64,000 bases of DNA. It comes from Bdellovibrionales bacterium (lineage in GTDB: Bacteria > Bdellovibrionota > Bdellovibrionia > Bdellovibrionales > UBA1609). Within the stretch, counting starts at the first letter, position 1, and the number at the start of each line of letters is the position of its first letter. Below, piece after piece: positions 58,158 through 64,000 of the stretch. Location: assembly GCA_965199825.1 (NCBI GenBank), contig OZ241329.1:2048001-2112000 (forward strand), written 5' to 3'. The notes beneath the pieces were generated by a model, which saw nothing but the letters and a program-made list of their open reading frames with translations, was not told the origin of the DNA and did no database searches. The position numbers and the translations under genes were made by a program.

Positions 58158-59116
58158 CGAGCTAAAATTCTTTTTAAGTCATCCAAAAATGGCAGCAACG
58201 AGTGATTGTTGAGAAAGTTCGGATCAAGCTCAAGTCTTTGTCTGACACTCAAGTAGGATTTCTGTGCCGGAAAAGATAAAATCTGTTTATCCTTTTTTAA
58301 TGCTCGCTTGATCATTTTTGATTTGATCGCAAGGTAATCGACAAATAAATCGAATTGAGTCTTGTTACTGTTAAGAAGTCGCTCAAAATCCTGGCCTATA
58401 TCTTTGTAATTCTCATTTGAAAGTAAGAGATCGCGAAGCTGAGTGATTTCTTGAATTAACGCTTGCTGATTCTCGATGAGGTGACGTTGAGTCATCAATC
58501 GAAAAACAAATTCAGCCACATCATCAAACAAGGGTTTGCTGTAATCGGCGGTCAATTCTTTTAGATCTAAATCAATCTGATGATCTTTATAGGTGAGGGT
58601 GAGATGAAATCGTACAGACTTTTCCCAACTGCTGAGGCTGATATTTTTCATCGCGATTTTTTGTGGGATGAGAGATGCGTCGATGGGATTGAGATTGATC
58701 AACTGGGCCGCTAAACTTTTTTGAAGTCTGGTGGCGTCGGTAAAATCCTTATTTGTTTCAATTTCGAAATCAATATGGTGATCAAAACGATGTTGCGAAA
58801 GCAACTCTCGGTCTTCGTGGGTAAATGCGGTGGGAAATCCACTGAAGCTCGCGGCCAAAACACTATTGAGCCATGAGGGATTTGTTTCAAGTAATGTGAG
58901 CAATTGAAATGGCATAAAGCGATTGGCCACGCGGGTGAGAAGAGAGGAGCAGCTATTGTGCTGACTATTTTGGCCTCGAAAAAGATCCATCGCTTGCTGC
59001 TGATCCGGGTTAAAAGGTTTTTTTACTGCTTGGATGCGGATGTCGAGATCCTCTAAACGGGTTAAGCTCAAAGCGGGAAGACTTAAAAAAATCAAACTCA
59101 TCAAAAAATACTTCAT
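58154..59116 (-). CDS. Secreted hypothetical protein (paralog 3 of tandem triad)
   Basis: Signal peptide; motifs collinear with the two upstream ORFs. Confidence 0.7.
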   Translation of the reverse strand: MKYFLMSLIFLSLPALSLTRLEDLDIRIQAVKKPFNPDQQQAMDLFRGQNSQHNSCSSLLTRVANRFMPFQLLTLLETNPSWLNSVLAASFSGFPTAFTHEDRELLSQHRFDHHIDFEIETNKDFTDATRLQKSLAAQLINLNPIDASLIPQKIAMKNISLSSWEKSVRFHLTLTYKDHQIDLDLKELTADYSKPLFDDVAEFVFRLMTQRHLIENQQALIQEITQLRDLLLSNENYKDIGQDFERLLNSNKTQFDLFVDYLAIKSKMIKRALKKDKQILSFPAQKSYLSVRQRLELDPNFLNNHSLLPFLDDLKRILAR

Positions 59117-60162
59117 CGATTTTTACTTTCTCGTAAGATCCTAAAAAAGGTTTTTGTATCCTCCGAATTGAGATCGCTATAAAGGGGGGTTTCCAAAACT
59201 TTATTGAAATCTAGAGCCCAAGCGCCGATCAACGACGGCTCAACCGAAAAAGCAAAATGGCCGTGTAAGTCGTCAATGCGTTGCAGTTCAGAATTATAAT
59301 AAAAGTAGGGGTATGCTTTTTTTAAAAAATTCTCTTTGATGATGAAGTAAGTTTTAAAAATATCGTAGCTGTTTGTGGCAATAAGCTGATCTCGATGGGG
59401 ATGATTTAAGATCGCTTCCAAACTTTTAATAAAGGGTTCGACAAAATCAAATTGGGGCTTGCGAGCAAGCCTCTGAAGATCAAAACGGAATTTGATGATC
59501 TCATCCAAAATTCTTGGCCCCAACAGATCATAATTTCTTAAAATGCTTATCAATTCGTGAGCTAGAGCTTTGCTCTGTTCCTGATCGGTGTGAATCAAAA
59601 CGTCGGTGGTTTTTTTAACACCATATTCAGAAATCAAGGTGATCTCAAAGGAGACTTGTTTGCGGTAATAATCATAATCAAGATAGCGCAAACTGTAGCG
59701 GGGCGGATTGCTCTTTAGAGCCGAGCGCTCTAAGGGCGTCACCACATGAGCATTGAGGTAGAATTCTGTGTCAAGATGATCAAAGTTGATGATGTCATAG
59801 GGATTAAATTCGATCGAGAGGGGATTTGCGGTATTGATCCACGCGCGCTCGGACTCGCTCAATTCTTTTTGATTTAAAAAAACATGAGATAAAGCAAGTC
59901 GGAGCCATGAGGGAGCGCTTAGAATCGCTTGATGTAAGTCAATATCGCGCCGGTTTTGGAGGTACTTGCGGCAAGCCAAATGGTCATTCAATTTTTTAAA
60001 GTGCTCAAATAAAAATTGTCTACTCGAGCCTAAATCGCTTTTGTTTTTTTGCTCAACTAAAATTTCATCTCCCACTTTGACTGCGGGCAGTGTGAGAATG
60101 GGTTCGGCAAAAACGAGCTGGCAAAACAAAATTCCAGCTCCAATTTTAAAGAGGCTTGCCAT
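59113..60162 (-). CDS. Secreted hypothetical protein (paralog 2 of tandem triad)
   Basis: Signal peptide ending VFA; ATGA overlap with next gene. Confidence 0.7.
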   Translation of the reverse strand: MASLFKIGAGILFCQLVFAEPILTLPAVKVGDEILVEQKNKSDLGSSRQFLFEHFKKLNDHLACRKYLQNRRDIDLHQAILSAPSWLRLALSHVFLNQKELSESERAWINTANPLSIEFNPYDIINFDHLDTEFYLNAHVVTPLERSALKSNPPRYSLRYLDYDYYRKQVSFEITLISEYGVKKTTDVLIHTDQEQSKALAHELISILRNYDLLGPRILDEIIKFRFDLQRLARKPQFDFVEPFIKSLEAILNHPHRDQLIATNSYDIFKTYFIIKENFLKKAYPYFYYNSELQRIDDLHGHFAFSVEPSLIGAWALDFNKVLETPLYSDLNSEDTKTFFRILRESKNR

Positions 60163-60168
60163 AATCGC

Positions 60169-61506
60169 TTAGTCTTTTTGATTTGGTTGAGCGGGGTGAA
60201 ATTTTCCATCCTTTAAATCAAAATACAACAAACCCTGTTGTGAGTGTTTTTGGGTGTCCCAAGAGTCAATCACCTGATGATCTGCGCTAAACAAGGGTTG
60301 TATACTAAAATCCTGGCTCACATTTTCGGGCAGTGACTCGAAATCTTGGGTGGTTCGGTCGGTCACAGCGCTAAATAAAGACTTCATCGCATCTTTCAAA
60401 ACCATTCGGCCAGTTGCGAATAAGGGATGGTTCATCATCATTGATGGCTCAAATATCCATGTTCGCATCAAGGTGCTAAACTCATTGTTATGAGGGTAAT
60501 AAAAATCATAACCGCTTGGTGTGCTTGTTCTGTAAAAGTTTTTGCTTGATGTCGCATGAGCTTGAACCGAAACCAAAAAGCGGGCTTTTGCTTTGAGGTA
60601 GAGATCAAGAATATTAATCTTATCAATCGAATAGGTCAAAAGGGTGCGCTCATCAAATTGAAGACTTTGAGCAAGCTGCGCATAATCGGTCCGATCAATT
60701 TCTGAAGTGCTCAAGGCTGCAAGCTTAATCAAGTTGTAGCGCAACTCATTGACCTCATGAGCAAAGGCTTTTTCTTCAAATATAGAGTGATAGTTTAAGA
60801 GTCGAAGGATCGCCTGGGCCACACCCTCACTGATGTTTGCGGGGGAGTTCATGAAACCACCAGAGAGCGAAACATTCAGGCCCAAACTGTAATGTTCGGT
60901 CTCAGAATAAACTAACTTAAGATGAATCTGGCTTAAATTTCGATCGGCATTGAAGACCTGCAGTTCTACAACCTCAGGAAGGTCATTGCGTGCAAAACTG
61001 GATTCATAAGGATTTTGATTGGCCTGTGCGCGGCTGAATTCAGCCTCGATATTTTGCACACCTTTAGGTAATGCATCTTTGTTTACTTTGAGTTTGATCG
61101 GCGAGGCATAAGTGTTGGTGTTTAAAAAATGGATGTCGCTCGCGGTGAATGGAATTTGTGAGTAATAGGCCTGATTGAGCATTGCGCCCACCCATACAGG
61201 AGCTGCCAAAAGTTCTTTGAATTGCGGTGTATCATAAGTTGTGGCCGAAACGGATTGTGTGCCCGAAAACTTGTTGGCTAAAGCTTCAAAAAACGAAGGT
61301 TGCGATTTGCTTGCAACATCGGGTTGAGCCTTTTCACTTAATAGCCGCTTGCACGTGTTACCCAAAGAGGCTCTTCCAAGAGCACTCTTTGCCAAGAGCT
61401 GGTCTGTGTTCGGCTTTTCGTGTTTCATCTTAATTAAAAGATCAGGTATGTAATTTTGGGCTTGTGCAAATAAACTTAAAGAAAGCGCAACGATTAAGTG
61501 AATCAT
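60169..61506 (-). CDS. Secreted hypothetical protein (paralog 1 of tandem triad)
   Basis: Signal peptide ending AQA; preceded by sigma54 motif. Confidence 0.7.
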   Translation of the reverse strand: MIHLIVALSLSLFAQAQNYIPDLLIKMKHEKPNTDQLLAKSALGRASLGNTCKRLLSEKAQPDVASKSQPSFFEALANKFSGTQSVSATTYDTPQFKELLAAPVWVGAMLNQAYYSQIPFTASDIHFLNTNTYASPIKLKVNKDALPKGVQNIEAEFSRAQANQNPYESSFARNDLPEVVELQVFNADRNLSQIHLKLVYSETEHYSLGLNVSLSGGFMNSPANISEGVAQAILRLLNYHSIFEEKAFAHEVNELRYNLIKLAALSTSEIDRTDYAQLAQSLQFDERTLLTYSIDKINILDLYLKAKARFLVSVQAHATSSKNFYRTSTPSGYDFYYPHNNEFSTLMRTWIFEPSMMMNHPLFATGRMVLKDAMKSLFSAVTDRTTQDFESLPENVSQDFSIQPLFSADHQVIDSWDTQKHSQQGLLYFDLKDGKFHPAQPNQKD

Positions 61507-61517
61507 AAGGTTTGATC

Positions 61518-61533
61518 AGCAAAAAAGAAGCCA
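61518..61533 (-). promoter_or_regulatory. Sigma54 -24/-12 promoter
   Basis: TGGCTTCTTTTTTGCT (GG-N10-GC), ending 11 nt before ATG 61506. Confidence 0.6.
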
Positions 61534-61549
61534 GCAGATCAGTGTGAAT

Positions 61550-62806
61550 TTACTTGATCAAAAATTCTCGCCAACGCGCAAGATTCTGGGCAGTAATTGA
61601 GACATAACAAACAGTTCCTTGAGATGCGGCCTCGGTTTTTTTGATATGGGATTCGCGTCCCAGCTCGTAAATTTTGAATTCCTGATCTTTTGGAAAATAC
61701 ATTTCTACATCTTCGTCTTTGGCATGGACAGTTTGGCTCATCAGCCGTTTTAACTTTTCGAGACCCTCACCGGTCAACGCACTAATAAACACTCTGGGAA
61801 AGGTGTTGATTTGAAATTGTTTTTCAAAGGGAGCTCGGTCCATCTTGTTATAAACCGTCAAAATGGGCTTTGAATCCCAGCCAAAACCCTTAATCAGTTT
61901 AAGCACTTCGTTCTCTTGGGCCTCTCGCTGATCAGAAGACAAATCGACCACATGAAGTAAAACATCGGCATCTCCAGATTCTTCAAGTGTCGCTTTAAAG
62001 GCTTCGATGAGATGGGTGGGGAGTTTTCGTATAAAGCCCACCGTGTCGGTCATTACCGCAGGGCCCAAATCATCAATAAACAATTTTCGTGTAGTCGGAT
62101 CAAGTGTCGCAAACAGCTGATCTTTTGTAAAAACTTGAGACTGTGTCATGGTGTTGATCAGGGTGCTTTTTCCGCTATTGGTATAGCCGATAAGGGCAAA
62201 GCTTGGGATCTGCTGTTTTTTGCGCAAGGCCCGATGTTGGGAGCGAGAGCGATGAACATTTTCGAGCTGCTTTTTGATTTGCTTGATTCGGTTTTTAATT
62301 CGCCTGCGGTCCACCTCTAAGGCAGTCTCACCAGGCCCACGTGTGCCAATCCCCCCACCAAGTCGTGAGAGCGAGCCCTGCCATGCTCCAACCATTCGGG
62401 GCATCTGATCAAGCATTTGGGCCAGCTCCACTTGGAGTTTTCCTTCGTGGGTTTCAGCGCGTTGGGCAAAGATTTCGAGAATCAACTGGGTGCGATCAAA
62501 GACTCTGACTTTAAGTTCTTGTTCTAAATTTCGACCTTGGGCTCCGGTCAGCTGATGATCGATCACCACAAACTGACTTTTGGTTTCCTCAATAAGGGCT
62601 TTGATTTCTAAAACTTTACCAGAGCCTAAGAGTGTTGCCGGATTGTAAGACGGCAACACCTGAACCACATGACCGACCACTTCAAATCGCGCCGAGGTTG
62701 CAAGCTCCTCAAGCTCTAAGAGGCTTTCTTTAATTTCGGGAAAGGAATCCGATTTAAGACCGACACCAACAACAATTGCTAAAACATTTTTTGTAGCACT
62801 CATCAA
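61550..62806 (-). CDS. hflX: GTPase HflX
   Basis: DRTQLILEIFAQRA, GTRGPGET, GYTNSGKSTL, LFATLDPT, DTVGFI, NKMD. Confidence 0.97.
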   Translation of the reverse strand: MMSATKNVLAIVVGVGLKSDSFPEIKESLLELEELATSARFEVVGHVVQVLPSYNPATLLGSGKVLEIKALIEETKSQFVVIDHQLTGAQGRNLEQELKVRVFDRTQLILEIFAQRAETHEGKLQVELAQMLDQMPRMVGAWQGSLSRLGGGIGTRGPGETALEVDRRRIKNRIKQIKKQLENVHRSRSQHRALRKKQQIPSFALIGYTNSGKSTLINTMTQSQVFTKDQLFATLDPTTRKLFIDDLGPAVMTDTVGFIRKLPTHLIEAFKATLEESGDADVLLHVVDLSSDQREAQENEVLKLIKGFGWDSKPILTVYNKMDRAPFEKQFQINTFPRVFISALTGEGLEKLKRLMSQTVHAKDEDVEMYFPKDQEFKIYELGRESHIKKTEAASQGTVCYVSITAQNLARWREFLIK

Positions 62807-62812
62807 TTAGGG

Positions 62813-64000
62813 CTATTGCTCCTTATAGGCCTGAGCCTCGAGGGCTGTCAGCACGATGCTGTTGACAATGTCATCCACAGTGCAAGTGCGCTGCAAAACA
62901 TTTGCCGGTTTTTTAACACCCAATAAAAATGGCCCAAGCACTTCGCCGCCGCCAAGTTGTTGCACAAGTTTATAAGAAATATTTCCGGCATCAAGTGTTG
63001 GAAAAATCAAAATATTTGCTCCGCCCTTGATATCGCAAAACGGAAAAATACGATCAACAATATCAGGATTGATCGCGGTGTCGGCCTGCATTTCTCCATC
63101 GACAATAATATCGGGGTAGCGCTCTTTGACTAAGCGGGCCGCTTCGCGCATTTTTTTTGGCGATTCTTTTTTGGCCGCAAAATTTGAAAATGAAAGCATT
63201 GCGATTTTTGGCTCCACTTTAAAATAGCGTGCAATGCGTGAGGTATGAATTGCAATGGTGGCAATCTGCTCGGCTGTGGGATCAATATTCATTGTGGTGT
63301 CGGCAAAAAAGAGCATGCGATCTTTAAACAGAACAATATTTAAGCCCGATGCGGTTTTGCGCCGACCAGTGCCGATGATTTCTAAGATCGGCCGCACACA
63401 ATCGGCATAAGTTTGGGTGGCCCCTGTGACCATCCCGTCGGCATCATTCAAGTGCACCGCCATTGCGGCAAAATAATTGGGATCGGTCATCAGACGGTCC
63501 GCTTCAGCGCGCATCACGCCTCTGCGCTTTCGGCCTTCGTAAAAAGCTTGAACGTAAGTGTCAAAATGAGGGTGCTGCGATGGAAAATGAACAGGCACGT
63601 GACCAAGCTCATCAAACAAACCGAGCTCATGCATTTTTTGATGCACCAGTGTGGGATCTCCCAACAACACAGGACGCACCACTTTTTCGTTTCGCAAAAC
63701 ACTCAAGGCTTTTAAAACTTTTGTGGAACGACCTTCGGGGAAAATTAAGAGCGGCACATCTTCTTCGCGTTTTTTTGCCCGCGCTTTGATTTTATTCATA
63801 TAGGTACGAATAAATCCGCGACTCACACTTTGAAGGGCCTCTAATTTTTCACGGTAAGCTCGAAAGCTTGTAATCGGGATGCGGGCAACGCCGGAATCCA
63901 TCGCCGCTTTTGCGACAGCCGGAGCCACTTTTAAGAGCACACGGTTATCAAATGGTTTTGGAATAATATAATCAGGACCAAACGAAAAAAGTTTATTCGC
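62813..64000 (-). CDS. maeB: NADP-dependent malic enzyme with PTA domain (partial, runs off right edge)
   Basis: Frame continues to the edge: FGPDYIIPKPFDNRVLLKVAPAVA; PTA domain DGEMQAD, NILIFP, GNISYKL. Confidence 0.93.
   Translation of the reverse strand, partial: ANKLFSFGPDYIIPKPFDNRVLLKVAPAVAKAAMDSGVARIPITSFRAYREKLEALQSVSRGFIRTYMNKIKARAKKREEDVPLLIFPEGRSTKVLKALSVLRNEKVVRPVLLGDPTLVHQKMHELGLFDELGHVPVHFPSQHPHFDTYVQAFYEGRKRRGVMRAEADRLMTDPNYFAAMAVHLNDADGMVTGATQTYADCVRPILEIIGTGRRKTASGLNIVLFKDRMLFFADTTMNIDPTAEQIATIAIHTSRIARYFKVEPKIAMLSFSNFAAKKESPKKMREAARLVKERYPDIIVDGEMQADTAINPDIVDRIFPFCDIKGGANILIFPTLDAGNISYKLVQQLGGGEVLGPFLLGVKKPANVLQRTCTVDDIVNSIVLTALEAQAYKEQ

Noticed and set aside
61550..62813. 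hflX without an upstream hfq
   Set aside because: Common outside Gammaproteobacteria and Firmicutes; not informative from one window

Overview
A compact, mostly core-genome bacterial chromosome segment. Gene content and style suggest a Bdellovibrionota (predatory, Bdellovibrio-like) organism; this is inference, not a database result. Housekeeping blocks: lemA-TPM-TPM, pyrC, tRNA-Gly(GCC), pgsA, glpX, tilS-ftsH-cdaA-cdaR-glmM-nnr-tsaE, cysteine desulfurase-mnmA-rnc-era-der, purM-orf-purBCSQLF, LD-carboxypeptidase-serine hydrolase-mpl, J-protein-MoxR-DUF58-TgpA, mutS, hflX and a partial maeB. The best-supported non-routine element is a complete ~1.02 kb IS1-like insertion sequence (34761-35782). 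It has 17-bp terminal inverted repeats, an apparent 4-bp AGCT target duplication, Asn in place of the third DDE residue, and an internal sigma54-type promoter. Removing it in silico restores a stop-codon overlap between its two neighbours. Other highlights: a sigma54-preceded tandem array of three divergent secreted orphan paralogs (58154-61506); a secreted protein-arginine-deiminase-like enzyme tail-to-tail with an ankyrin lipoprotein; a REP/arm-site-like repeat cluster downstream of tRNA-Gly; a RAYT-like HUH transposase in a small accessory island; a perfect 20-bp direct repeat at the starts of two peptidoglycan-recycling genes; and repeated signs of leaderless sigma70/sigma28/sigma54 promoters. 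No CRISPR, rRNA or prophage was seen. All family calls come from motif recognition by eye.
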